NCBI GenBank assembly: GCA_040218735.1
Contig: JAVJQW010000057.1
Span: 96,001-160,000, forward strand
Length of the DNA stretch: 64,000 nt
DNA from: Deltaproteobacteria bacterium
GTDB lineage: Bacteria > Myxococcota > Kuafuiibacteriia > Kuafuiibacteriales > Kuafuiibacteriaceae
Direction of reading: 5' to 3'
Shown: piece by piece, positions 55,600-64,000 of the stretch
Position numbering within the stretch: position 1 is the first letter of the stretch
How the letters are laid out: each line of letters starts with the position of its first letter
Notes under the pieces: generated by a model
Told to the model about the DNA's origin: nothing
Seen by the model: only the letters and a program-made list of their open reading frames with translations
Database searches by the model: none
Position numbers and translations under genes: made by a program

Positions 55600-57210
55600 A
55601 TGAGCGAGGAAACCAAGCAACCGAACGTCAAGTCGGCCGAAGGCGCGCTCGCCAACCAGACGAAGGGGCAGACCGTCGGCCTCGTCGCCGGCGTGTTGGG
55701 TCTGACCGCGATCATCTTCGGCTTCGTCCTCTACGCGCTCGACCCGGAGGTCGTGGACCTCGCGGTCGCCAACGGCATCTTCGGGCTGTTCGGAGTCGCG
55801 GCGTACGCCATCACCAACCGCACTTCGTTGATGCGAGTCGCGGGCGGTCGCTCCACGACCTTCGTGCTCTTGGAGATCGGCGTGATCATCGGCGCCGTCG
55901 CTTCGGTGTCGGTCGCGAACTATTACGTCGCGCAGAACCCCAAGGAGTGGGATCTGACGCGCGACGGGATCTACACCCTCCACGAGCAGTCGGTGCGCGT
56001 CGCGGCCGAGCTCGAGCAGGACGTCAAGGTGTACGGCTTCTTCCGCCCCACGGAGAGCGCGCGCTCCGTGCTCACCCAGGCGGTGGATCTGTACCGCATG
56101 CACACCGAGCGGATGGAGGTCGTGTTCATCAACCCCGACTCCCCGCCGCAGAACCTGATCGACAAGTTCGATCTCAACTCCAAGAGCCCCCGCATCGTCA
56201 TCGCGGCGGAGAACGGTCAGTTCACCAAGCTCCGGCAACCCACCGAGGAAGGGATGACCAACGCGCTGATCAAGGTCGCGGAGCGGCCGCCGCGCAAGGC
56301 GTACTTCCTCACCGGGCACCGCGAGCCGTCGATCGAGGATCTCACCGCCGAGGAAGGTTACTCCGCCGCCGCGTCCGCGTTGCGCAACGAGGGTTTCGAG
56401 GCGACGACGCTGTCCCTCATCGACCGGGAGAAGGTCCCCGAGGACGCCACGATCATCATCGTCGCGGGCGCGCAGTCACCGCTCTTCCCGAACGAGACCG
56501 AAGCGCTCAAGGAGTGGGTCAACCGTGGCGGGCGCGTGATGGTGCTGCTCGAGCCGGGCCTGGAGTACGGCATCGACGCCCTCTTCCGCCCGAACGGGAT
56601 CGACGTCGGCGACGACCTCGTCCTCGAACCCAACCCCGCCGGTCGCGCGTATGGATTCGGACCGGAGTCGCCGGTGGTGCAGAAGTTCGAGGCGCACGCG
56701 ATCACCAACAAACTCAGCGGCGGCGCGGCGATCTTCTACCGCGCGCGGAGCCTGAGCGCGAAGGTGAACCTCGCGCGGCTCGAGGTCGTCACCCTCATCC
56801 GCACCGGCCCCACGAGCTGGGGTGAGTCGAGCTTCCGGGAAGGTAACTTCGAGCGCGACGAAAACGACATCCCCGGACCGGTGCCGATCGCGCTCGCGGC
56901 CGAGCGCAACGTCGCGTCCCACCCGGGTAAGATCGCCGACCACGCGCGGCTCGTCGTGTTCGGCGACCTCCACTTCATCAACAACCGGTTCCTCAGCATG
57001 AGCGCGAACTCCGACCTGTTCCTGAACACCGCGAACTGGCTCGCGGGCGACGAGGACCGCATCACGATTCGACCGAAAGCGAAGTCTGGCGACCGGCTGA
57101 CCGTCACCCAAGCGGAGCTCACCGGCATCATGTTCTTCTCCGTGAACCTGATGCCGCTGTTGATCCTCGGGTTCGGCTTCTCGGTGTGGGCCGTCCGGCG
57201 CCGCAAGTGA
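55600..57210 (+). CDS. GldG-family ABC auxiliary component
   Basis: ATG 55600; WDLTRDGIYTL, YFLTGHRE, GGRVMVLLEP, RLVVFGD and N.DLFLN.ANWL motifs; C-terminal TM + RRRK. Confidence 0.88.
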   Translation: MSEETKQPNVKSAEGALANQTKGQTVGLVAGVLGLTAIIFGFVLYALDPEVVDLAVANGIFGLFGVAAYAITNRTSLMRVAGGRSTTFVLLEIGVIIGAVASVSVANYYVAQNPKEWDLTRDGIYTLHEQSVRVAAELEQDVKVYGFFRPTESARSVLTQAVDLYRMHTERMEVVFINPDSPPQNLIDKFDLNSKSPRIVIAAENGQFTKLRQPTEEGMTNALIKVAERPPRKAYFLTGHREPSIEDLTAEEGYSAAASALRNEGFEATTLSLIDREKVPEDATIIIVAGAQSPLFPNETEALKEWVNRGGRVMVLLEPGLEYGIDALFRPNGIDVGDDLVLEPNPAGRAYGFGPESPVVQKFEAHAITNKLSGGAAIFYRARSLSAKVNLARLEVVTLIRTGPTSWGESSFREGNFERDENDIPGPVPIALAAERNVASHPGKIADHARLVVFGDLHFINNRFLSMSANSDLFLNTANWLAGDEDRITIRPKAKSGDRLTVTQAELTGIMFFSVNLMPLLILGFGFSVWAVRRRK

Positions 57211-57214
57211 CCGC

Positions 57215-58603
57215 ATGAAGCGCATCCACAAGAACATGGCCACCGCGGCGGTCCTCCTCGTGGCCGGCCTGGGCTTCGGCTACTACACACTCGAGACGAA
57301 GGTGAAGACGCCGGAGGAGCGTTTCCTCGCCGACCGGGAGTCGAAGCGCCTGTTCCGCTTCGGTCGCGTCGACGTGACGCGCGGGAGCCTCCAGGCCAAG
57401 AACGCGACGGTGTCCTTCGAGCGCGACGGCACCGGTTGGAACATCACGAAACCCATCGCGTGGCCGGCGGACGACGAGGCGATCGACGCGGCGCTGGATC
57501 GGATGGCGTCGATCATCATGGAGCCGGTCACCACCGAGAACGCGACCGCGGAGGACGTCGAGCGCGAGGGGCTCGACAAACCCACCGTGACGATGACCGT
57601 CGAGCTCGCCGACGGCGTCGAGCACACGCTCCACGTCGGACGACGAAACCGGCTCACGGACAAGTATCCGATCACCGCCGGCGACAAGAAGCGCATCGGG
57701 CTGTCCGACTCGGCGTTCTACTGGGCGATGGACCGCCCGTTCGACGAGCTACGCGACAAACACCTCGTCCACATCCCGGAGGACGACGTCACCCACATCA
57801 CGGTGTTCGCGCCCGACGGCAGCGTTCGGTTCCGGCTCGAGCGGGACGGCGAGAGCTGGACCACGGAGGGGGCCGATCAACCCAAGATCGAAGCCGACCC
57901 CGGCGACGTGCTCCTCGCGCGCGTCCGCATCGTGAAGCGCCTGACAGCGGCGACGTTCGTCACCGACACGTACGAGGCCGCGCAGCAGGCCGAGTATGGG
58001 TTCGACGCCCCGAAGGCACGCATCGAAGTGCAGGCGAAGGACGGCGCGTCCACGAAGCTCGTCTTCGCGGAGCACCCCAAACAGGAGGGGCAGCACCTGA
58101 TTCACGTCGAAGGTACCGGCACGGTGGCGGAGGTCGCCGCCACGCTCGAGGAGCTGCTGGAGAAGACCGCGGTACAGTTCCGTGACCGCACGTTCTACTC
58201 AGTGGATCGACGCGCGGTAAGAACCGTCGAGTTCGAGCAGGGGACGGCGAAGTTCGTCGTGAAGCGCAAGGGTGAGGACTGGTTGGTGAACGGCAAACCC
58301 GCGAAGATCTGGAAGGTCGACAGCGTGCTGCGCGCGTTCGCTCACCTCAAGGTCGACGCCATCCACGCGAAGGACGCGACGAAGAGCCAGCAGCGCGAGT
58401 GGTTGATCAACCCCCCGTCGCGGCGCCTCGTGTTCCGCGACGCCTACGACAAGGTCCTCGCCGCCGTGCGCTTCGGTAAGTACGCGCGCGACGAGCTCAT
58501 CTTCGTGAAGTCCGAGAGCGACGATCGCATCGGGCTCATCACCGACAAGAAGGTCGACCTATTGCCGACGAGCGTCGAGGAGCTCGCCGACGAGGAGCGG
58601 TAG
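57215..58603 (+). CDS. DUF4340-like protein
   Basis: N-terminal TM; repeated W.I..P...AD, (Y/E)G(L/F)D.P and (L/F)RD motifs; usual position after gldG-like genes. Confidence 0.8.
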   Translation: MKRIHKNMATAAVLLVAGLGFGYYTLETKVKTPEERFLADRESKRLFRFGRVDVTRGSLQAKNATVSFERDGTGWNITKPIAWPADDEAIDAALDRMASIIMEPVTTENATAEDVEREGLDKPTVTMTVELADGVEHTLHVGRRNRLTDKYPITAGDKKRIGLSDSAFYWAMDRPFDELRDKHLVHIPEDDVTHITVFAPDGSVRFRLERDGESWTTEGADQPKIEADPGDVLLARVRIVKRLTAATFVTDTYEAAQQAEYGFDAPKARIEVQAKDGASTKLVFAEHPKQEGQHLIHVEGTGTVAEVAATLEELLEKTAVQFRDRTFYSVDRRAVRTVEFEQGTAKFVVKRKGEDWLVNGKPAKIWKVDSVLRAFAHLKVDAIHAKDATKSQQREWLINPPSRRLVFRDAYDKVLAAVRFGKYARDELIFVKSESDDRIGLITDKKVDLLPTSVEELADEER

Positions 58604-58605
58604 AA

Positions 58606-59778
58606 ATGAAAGACCGAGGTTTCTCGACACGTGCGGTCCACACCCGGATCGCCGAGACCGCGGTTCCGAGCCGCCCGCTCGCGGTGCCGATCTACCAGAC
58701 CGCGTCCTTCGAATTCGAGGACACCCAGGGCCTCGCGGTCGCGAGTGACGACCGTTCGATGGGACACTGCTACTCGCGCCTGTCGAACCCGACGGTCGAC
58801 GCCCTCGAGCGCGCCGCCGCGGACCTCGAAGGCGCGGAGGCAGCGCTCGCGTTCGGTTCCGGGATGGCGGCGATCCACGGTGTGCTCGTCGGGACCTGCA
58901 GAGCGGGCGACCACATCGTCGCGCCGGCGGCGGCATACGGCGGGACCTTCACGATGATGAAACACGTGCTCCCGCGCTTCGGCATCGAGACCACGTTCGT
59001 ACCCAACGGAGACCTCGACGCGATGCGCGCGGCGATTCGTCCGAACACCAAGGTCCTCTACGCGGAGACGATCACGAACCCGAACCTCGCCGTCGCGGAC
59101 ATCCCTTCGCTCGCGGAAATCGCGAAGGGCGCGGGGCTGAGGCTGATCGTCGACAATACTTTCGCGACACCGTACCTCGCGCGCCCCGTCGAGCAAGGCG
59201 CGGACCTCGTCGTGCACAGCGCGTCGAAGTACCTCGGTGGGCACGGTGATCTGCTCGGTGGGCTCATCGTCGGGTCGAACGCGACCCTCGCCGAGATGCA
59301 CCACCTGCTCGTCGAGATCGGCGGTCAGATGGCGCCGTTCGTCGCGTGGCTCGTGCTGCGCGGGATGAAGTCACTCGCGGTGCGCATGCGTCAGCACTGC
59401 GCCAATGCGCTGATCCTCGCGGAGTGGCTCGACGCGCGCGACGAAGTCGTCAACGTCCGGTACCCCGGCCTCCCCTCGCACCCGGACCACGCGCTCGCGA
59501 CGAAGAACCTCTGCCACGGCTTCGGCGCGATGATCGCCTTCGAGCTCGCGGATCCGTCGAAGACCATCCGGTTCCTCGACCGGCTCCAGCTCATCGCGCG
59601 CGCGGCGTCACTCGGCGACGCGCACTCGTTGGTCATCGCGCCTGCGCACACGACGCACCGTCAGATGTCGGCGGCAGAGCGCGAGGCGGCCGGCATCTCG
59701 GAGGGGTTCATCCGGTTCTCCGTGGGGCTCGAGGACGCCGACGACCTCATCGCCGACCTCGAGGGGGCGCTCGCGTGA
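58606..59778 (+). CDS. PLP-dependent trans-sulfuration enzyme (methionine gamma-lyase / cystathionine gamma-synthase family)
   Basis: [54 protein letters not shown] and RFSVGLED motifs. Confidence 0.92.
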   Translation: MKDRGFSTRAVHTRIAETAVPSRPLAVPIYQTASFEFEDTQGLAVASDDRSMGHCYSRLSNPTVDALERAAADLEGAEAALAFGSGMAAIHGVLVGTCRAGDHIVAPAAAYGGTFTMMKHVLPRFGIETTFVPNGDLDAMRAAIRPNTKVLYAETITNPNLAVADIPSLAEIAKGAGLRLIVDNTFATPYLARPVEQGADLVVHSASKYLGGHGDLLGGLIVGSNATLAEMHHLLVEIGGQMAPFVAWLVLRGMKSLAVRMRQHCANALILAEWLDARDEVVNVRYPGLPSHPDHALATKNLCHGFGAMIAFELADPSKTIRFLDRLQLIARAASLGDAHSLVIAPAHTTHRQMSAAEREAAGISEGFIRFSVGLEDADDLIADLEGALA

Positions 59779-60710
59779 CGGACGCGATCCTCGAGATCGA
59801 GGGGCTCGAGAAAACCTACGCGGACGGGTTCTCGGCGCTGAAGGGCATCGATCTGTCGATCCGCGAAGGTGAGATCTTCGCGCTGCTCGGCCCGAACGGC
59901 GCGGGGAAGACGACGCTCATCAACATCATCTGCGGCATCGTAAACCTGTCGAAGGGCTCGGTGCGCGCCGCGGGTCACGACGTGGTGCGTGACTTCCGCA
60001 AGACACGGTCGATGATCGGGCTGGTTCCGCAAGAGTTGTCGACGGACTCCTTCGAGTCGGTCATCGCGACGATGAAGTTCAGCCGCGGCCTGTTCGGCAA
60101 ACCGCCGAACCCAGCGCACCTCGAGCAGGTGTTGAAGGACCTGTCGCTCTGGGACAAACGCAACAACAAGATCATCACGCTCTCGGGCGGCATGAAACGA
60201 CGTGTGTTGATCGCGAAAGCGCTCTCCCACGAACCACGCATCCTCTTCCTCGACGAACCCACCGCGGGCGTCGACGTCGAGCTGCGCCACGACATGTGGA
60301 AGATGGTGCACGGCCTCCGCGAGCGCGGCGTGACGATCATCCTGACGACGCACTACATCGAGGAGGCCGAAGAGATGGCGGACCGCATCGGCGTCATCAA
60401 CAAGGGTTCGTTGATCGTCGTCGAGGACAAGGAGGTCCTCATGCGTCGCCTCGGCAAGAAACAACTCACGATTCGCCTCGGCGCGCCGATGTCCGCGCTG
60501 CCGGACACCCTCGTGTCGCCGGACGTCGAGCTGAGCGAGGACGGCACCACGCTCGTCTACACCTACGACTCGCAGAAGGAGGAGAACGGCATCTGCGATC
60601 TCCTCAAGGGGCTGACGGACCTCGGTCTCGAGTTCGCGGATCTACAGTCGAAGGAGAGCTCCCTCGAAGAGATCTTCGTGCAGCTCGTACGAGAGGAGAA
60701 GACGGCGTGA
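59775..60710 (+). CDS. ABC transporter ATP-binding protein (YadG-like)
   Basis: GTGA overlap; [27 protein letters not shown] and TTHYIEEAE motifs. Confidence 0.92.
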   Translation: MTDAILEIEGLEKTYADGFSALKGIDLSIREGEIFALLGPNGAGKTTLINIICGIVNLSKGSVRAAGHDVVRDFRKTRSMIGLVPQELSTDSFESVIATMKFSRGLFGKPPNPAHLEQVLKDLSLWDKRNNKIITLSGGMKRRVLIAKALSHEPRILFLDEPTAGVDVELRHDMWKMVHGLRERGVTIILTTHYIEEAEEMADRIGVINKGSLIVVEDKEVLMRRLGKKQLTIRLGAPMSALPDTLVSPDVELSEDGTTLVYTYDSQKEENGICDLLKGLTDLGLEFADLQSKESSLEEIFVQLVREEKTA

Positions 60711-61468
60711 ACTGGTACGGCGTGCGCGCGATCTACCGGTTCGAGATGAACCGGACCTTCCGGACGATCTCCCAGAGCCTCATCGCGCCGGTGCTCTCCA
60801 CCTCGCTGTACTTCGTCGTGTTCGGCACGGCGATCGGCAACCGCGTCGGCGACATCGACGGGGTGAGTTACGGCGCGTTCATCATCCCGGGGCTGGTGAT
60901 GCTCTCGCTCCTCTCGGAGAGTGTGTCGAACGCGTCCTTCGGCATCTACCTGCCGCAGTGGACGGGCACGATCTACGAGCTGCTCTCCGCCCCGGTCTCG
61001 TACCTGGAAGCGGTCCTGGGTTACGTCGGCGCCGCGACGACGAAGTCCGTGATGATCGGCGCGCTGATCCTCGCGACGGCGCGGCTGTTCGTGCCCTACG
61101 AGATCGAACATCCGGTGTGGATGCTCGGGTTCCTCTTCCTCACCGCGGTGTCGTTCAGTCTCCTCGGGTTCATCATCGGACTGTGGGCCGACGACTTCCA
61201 GAAGCTGCAGATCGTCCCGGTCATGGTGCTGACGCCCCTGACCTTCCTCGGCGGCGCGTTCTACTCGATTGAGATGCTCTCGCCGACGTGGCAGAAGATC
61301 GCGCTCCTCAACCCGGTCGTCTACCTGATCAGCGGCTTCCGCTGGAGCTTCTACGGCATCTCCGACGTCAACGTGTACGTCAGCCTCGGCGCGATCAGCG
61401 GCTTCCTCTTCGTCGGCCTCGCCGCGGTGTGGTGGGTCTTCAAGACCGGCTGGAAGCTCAAGAAGTGA
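60707..61468 (+). CDS. ABC-2 permease (YadH-like)
   Basis: GTGA overlap; [24 protein letters not shown] and [11 protein letters not shown] motifs. Confidence 0.92.
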   Translation: MNWYGVRAIYRFEMNRTFRTISQSLIAPVLSTSLYFVVFGTAIGNRVGDIDGVSYGAFIIPGLVMLSLLSESVSNASFGIYLPQWTGTIYELLSAPVSYLEAVLGYVGAATTKSVMIGALILATARLFVPYEIEHPVWMLGFLFLTAVSFSLLGFIIGLWADDFQKLQIVPVMVLTPLTFLGGAFYSIEMLSPTWQKIALLNPVVYLISGFRWSFYGISDVNVYVSLGAISGFLFVGLAAVWWVFKTGWKLKK

Positions 61469-62129
61469 CGCCCGCGAGGCGCCGGATGTCGGCGTTCTCC
61501 AACACCGGATCTGCGTGTTCTCCCGTCCCGTCGATCGCCGCGATGACCATCGCGCGGGCGAGCTGGTCGGACGCGATCCCCATGTTCGGTGCGACCGCAC
61601 GGATCGCGGGCCACAGCGAACGGAACACACGGTAACTCAGGTTGGGTTCCTGGCGTGGCTCGACGGGATAGATGTACCCCGGCCGAAACAGGTGCACGCG
61701 CGCGAAGCCCTGCGCGCGCAACGCGTTCTCCGCGGCGCCCTTGTACCGGGCGAACGCCATGCGGCTCTTCTCGGTCGGGTCCGCGCCCTGCCCGCTCAAC
61801 AGACAGAACACCGCGCGTGGGTTCGTCGCGTGGAGCGCGGCGGCGAAACGTACGACGTGGTCCACGGTGATGCGTCGGAACGCATCGTCCGGCACCGAAC
61901 CGGTGTAGACCCCCGCGCAGTAGATCGCCGCGTCGTGGCCTTCGAACCGCTCCGCGATCGGCGTGAAGTCATCGAAGTCGGCGTGAACGACCTCGTCGAG
62001 TTTGTCGTGTCCAAGGCCCGTCGCGCGGCGACCGACGGTCGTCACGCCTCGTACGTCGTCGCGCCCGAGGCAGAGCTTCAGGACGTGGCCGCCGACCATC
62101 CCCGTCGCGCCGGTGAGCAGGATGCGCAC
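61458..62129 (-). CDS. NAD(P)-binding Rossmann protein (YraR/TIP30-like)
   Basis: [26 protein letters not shown] and FRPG motifs. Confidence 0.88.
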   Translation of the reverse strand: MRILLTGATGMVGGHVLKLCLGRDDVRGVTTVGRRATGLGHDKLDEVVHADFDDFTPIAERFEGHDAAIYCAGVYTGSVPDDAFRRITVDHVVRFAAALHATNPRAVFCLLSGQGADPTEKSRMAFARYKGAAENALRAQGFARVHLFRPGYIYPVEPRQEPNLSYRVFRSLWPAIRAVAPNMGIASDQLARAMVIAAIDGTGEHADPVLENADIRRLAGVTS

Positions 62130-62203
62130 GCGCGGATGCTGCCCGAGCGCCGGGCGCAGGTCGAGCCGTGCGCGACGCTCGACGACGGGTGATACTCCCC
62201 CGC

Positions 62204-63064
62204 GTGAGGGTCGGTTGGTGGGCGGCGCGCGCGCGCGGAGGGACGCCGGGGCGAATCACGCCGGGGTTCCTTCGAGCGTTCGAGCTCGTCGCGGCGCCGG
62301 TCGTCCGCGTCGCGTTCCGTCCGACGATCGAAGGCGTCGAGCGCCTGCGCCGGGACCAGCCCGCGCTGATCGTCGCGAACCACTCCGGCGGGTTCGCGCT
62401 CGCGGAGATCTTCTCGCTCGTGACGCTCTACCTCGCCCACCTCCGTGGCGTGCGCATCGCCGCGCTCGGGCACCCGTTTGCGTACCACCTCTGGCCGATG
62501 CCCTACATCATGCGCGCGCTCGGGACGGTGCCCGCGACCTACGAGGCCGCGCGCCAGGCGCTCGAAGAAGGCGCGAGTGTCCTCGTGTTCCCCGGGGGGG
62601 ATTACGAAGTGTCACGTCCGTTCTGGCAGGCGGACCGCGTCGACTTCAACGGACGCAAGGGCTTCCTGAAGATCGCGCGCGCCGCGAACGTGCCGATCGT
62701 TCCCCTGGGCATCCGCAACAGTCACTGGTCGGTGCCCATCCTCTGGCGTTCGACCTTCGTGCTGCCGTGGGTGCTCGTGCTGCCGAAACTCTTCGGACTC
62801 AAACGGTATCCGCTCTCGTTGCTCTCGGTGGTCGGCGCGATCGTTCTGCTCGCGATCATCCCGGATGCGTACGGTTGGCCTTGGGCGATCGCTGCGACGT
62901 GGTCGTGGATGTCGTGTCCGGTGACGTTGATCCCGATCGTCCCCGTCACCGTGCGCTTCTTCGTCGGGCGTGAAATCCCAGTTTACGAATTGTCAGGTGA
63001 TGAAGATCTCGACGCGTCGTACCGACGCGTCGTGGGTGAGATTCAGTCGCTCGTTCGTCCCTGA
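62204..63064 (+). CDS. Lysophospholipid/diacylglycerol acyltransferase family protein
   Basis: LIVANHSGG, VLVFPGG..E, GRKGF..IA and VPIVP motifs. GTG 62204 follows a -10-like GATACT (track start 62168). Confidence 0.85.
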   Translation: MRVGWWAARARGGTPGRITPGFLRAFELVAAPVVRVAFRPTIEGVERLRRDQPALIVANHSGGFALAEIFSLVTLYLAHLRGVRIAALGHPFAYHLWPMPYIMRALGTVPATYEAARQALEEGASVLVFPGGDYEVSRPFWQADRVDFNGRKGFLKIARAANVPIVPLGIRNSHWSVPILWRSTFVLPWVLVLPKLFGLKRYPLSLLSVVGAIVLLAIIPDAYGWPWAIAATWSWMSCPVTLIPIVPVTVRFFVGREIPVYELSGDEDLDASYRRVVGEIQSLVRP

Positions 63065-63106
63065 TCACGTCACAGCTACGACGAGAGCCGACACCCACCA
63101 ACCACG

Positions 63107-63892
63107 GTGTTGTCTTGTGCTCTCCTCCTGGTCGCGATGCCGCACGTCGGCGGAAAGGTCGCGGTGTTCGACGTGCAAGCGACGGACGTCCGCGAAGCGT
63201 TGCTCCCGATCCTCACGGAGGTGCTCACGACCGAAGTCGCCAACGCACGCGTCTTCGACGAAGTCCTCGCCGGTCGCGACGTGCAGCAGATGCTCAGCTT
63301 CGAAGAGAAGAAGCAGATGGTCGGTTGCGACGACACGAGCTGCCTCGCCGAGATCGGCGGCGCGCTCGGCGTCGACCGGTTGATCGTCCCGCAGATCGCG
63401 CGGGTGTCTGCTTCGTGGATCGTCACGTTGAAGCAGATCGACATCCGGGGTGCGTCGACCGAAGGCCGCGTCTACGACACGTTCGAAGGTGACGAAGGCG
63501 CACTGCTCGCGGGCGTACGTAGCTCCGTCGTTCGACTCCTCGGCGGCGCCCCCGTCGCGTCCACGCTCACGACCACGGCACCGGAGTCGTCGTTCCCGAT
63601 CGTCCCCGTCGCGCTGTGGTCGACCGCCGCCGTGAGCGCGGGCGTCGGCGTCGCGCTCGCGCTGAAAGCGAAGGGGCACGAGGACAACGCGTACGACCCG
63701 AGCTTCGTCGGCGCCCAACACGAGATCGAACGGAGCCGCGACGCCGCGCTCGGCGCGAACGTCGCGCTCGCGACCGCAGGCGCACTCGCGGTGGGCGGCG
63801 CGCTCGCGTGGTGGCTCACCGGCGACGACGTGAGCGCGGGCGTCACCGCGAATGAAGGCGGCGCACACGCCGTCGTCGCGGGGCGGTTCTGA
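63107..63892 (+). CDS. Hypothetical secreted protein
   Basis: VAVFDV...GCDDTSCLAEIGGALGVD domain; two hydrophobic C-terminal segments; ends GRF. Confidence 0.72.
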   Translation: MLSCALLLVAMPHVGGKVAVFDVQATDVREALLPILTEVLTTEVANARVFDEVLAGRDVQQMLSFEEKKQMVGCDDTSCLAEIGGALGVDRLIVPQIARVSASWIVTLKQIDIRGASTEGRVYDTFEGDEGALLAGVRSSVVRLLGGAPVASTLTTTAPESSFPIVPVALWSTAAVSAGVGVALALKAKGHEDNAYDPSFVGAQHEIERSRDAALGANVALATAGALAVGGALAWWLTGDDVSAGVTANEGGAHAVVAGRF

Positions 63893-64000
63893 TGCGGCGC
63901 CCGCTCTTCATCGCGGCCCTCACGCTCGCGGCGTGCAGCGTCGACCCGCCCGGCGAGGGTGACCTCGAGTTCCCGTGCACCACCGACGACGACTGCGTCG
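63892..64000 (+). CDS. Cys-rich lipoprotein, 3'-truncated by the window edge
   Basis: TGATG coupling; MRRPLFIAALTLAA-CSVDPPGEGDLEFPCTTDDDCV. Confidence 0.7.
   Translation, partial: MRRPLFIAALTLAACSVDPPGEGDLEFPCTTDDDCV

Noticed and set aside
1-64000. CRISPR array, rRNA/tRNA, IS element, integrase or prophage genes
   Set aside because: No regularly spaced direct repeats, RNA-gene signatures, or transposase, integrase or phage motifs were recognised by eye. A covariance-model or HMM scan would be needed to exclude small RNAs.

Overview
High-GC, gene-dense chromosomal window, most likely from a Myxococcota (delta-proteobacterial) bacterium, judged by a MYXO-CTERM-like sorting signal, Cys-rich lipoproteins, an FHA-sigma54 activator next to a Ser/Thr kinase, and a kinase-ATPase-TPR protein. 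About 57 CDSs are supported. They include a 5'-truncated PBP1A, an aldo/keto reductase, fadI-fadJ, a CDF transporter, a eukaryote-type hexokinase, a DHH phosphoesterase plus cysteine desulfurase, a GldA/F/G-like ABC system, a trans-sulfuration enzyme, a YadGH-like ABC system and many surface or lipoproteins. No rRNA, tRNA, CRISPR array, integrase or transposase was recognised. The best candidate for an undescribed system is 6999-12697, a compact cyclic-nucleotide 'writer-eraser-reader' module: an FHA-GAF class III cyclase with guanylyl-cyclase-like (Cya2-like) specificity residues, an Apyc1-like metallo-beta-lactamase-fold phosphodiesterase, two stand-alone cNMP-binding proteins, and a convergent ABC exporter carrying its own cNMP-binding domain. 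Other highlights: a probable ceramide reductase/synthase pair, an HD-like 670-aa protein coupled to an unlisted 55-aa ORF, two near-leaderless sigma54 promoters with upstream palindromes, and a heptamer-periodic inverted repeat plus operator-like palindrome before fadIJ. All family assignments come from motif recognition by eye and from memory; no database search was run.
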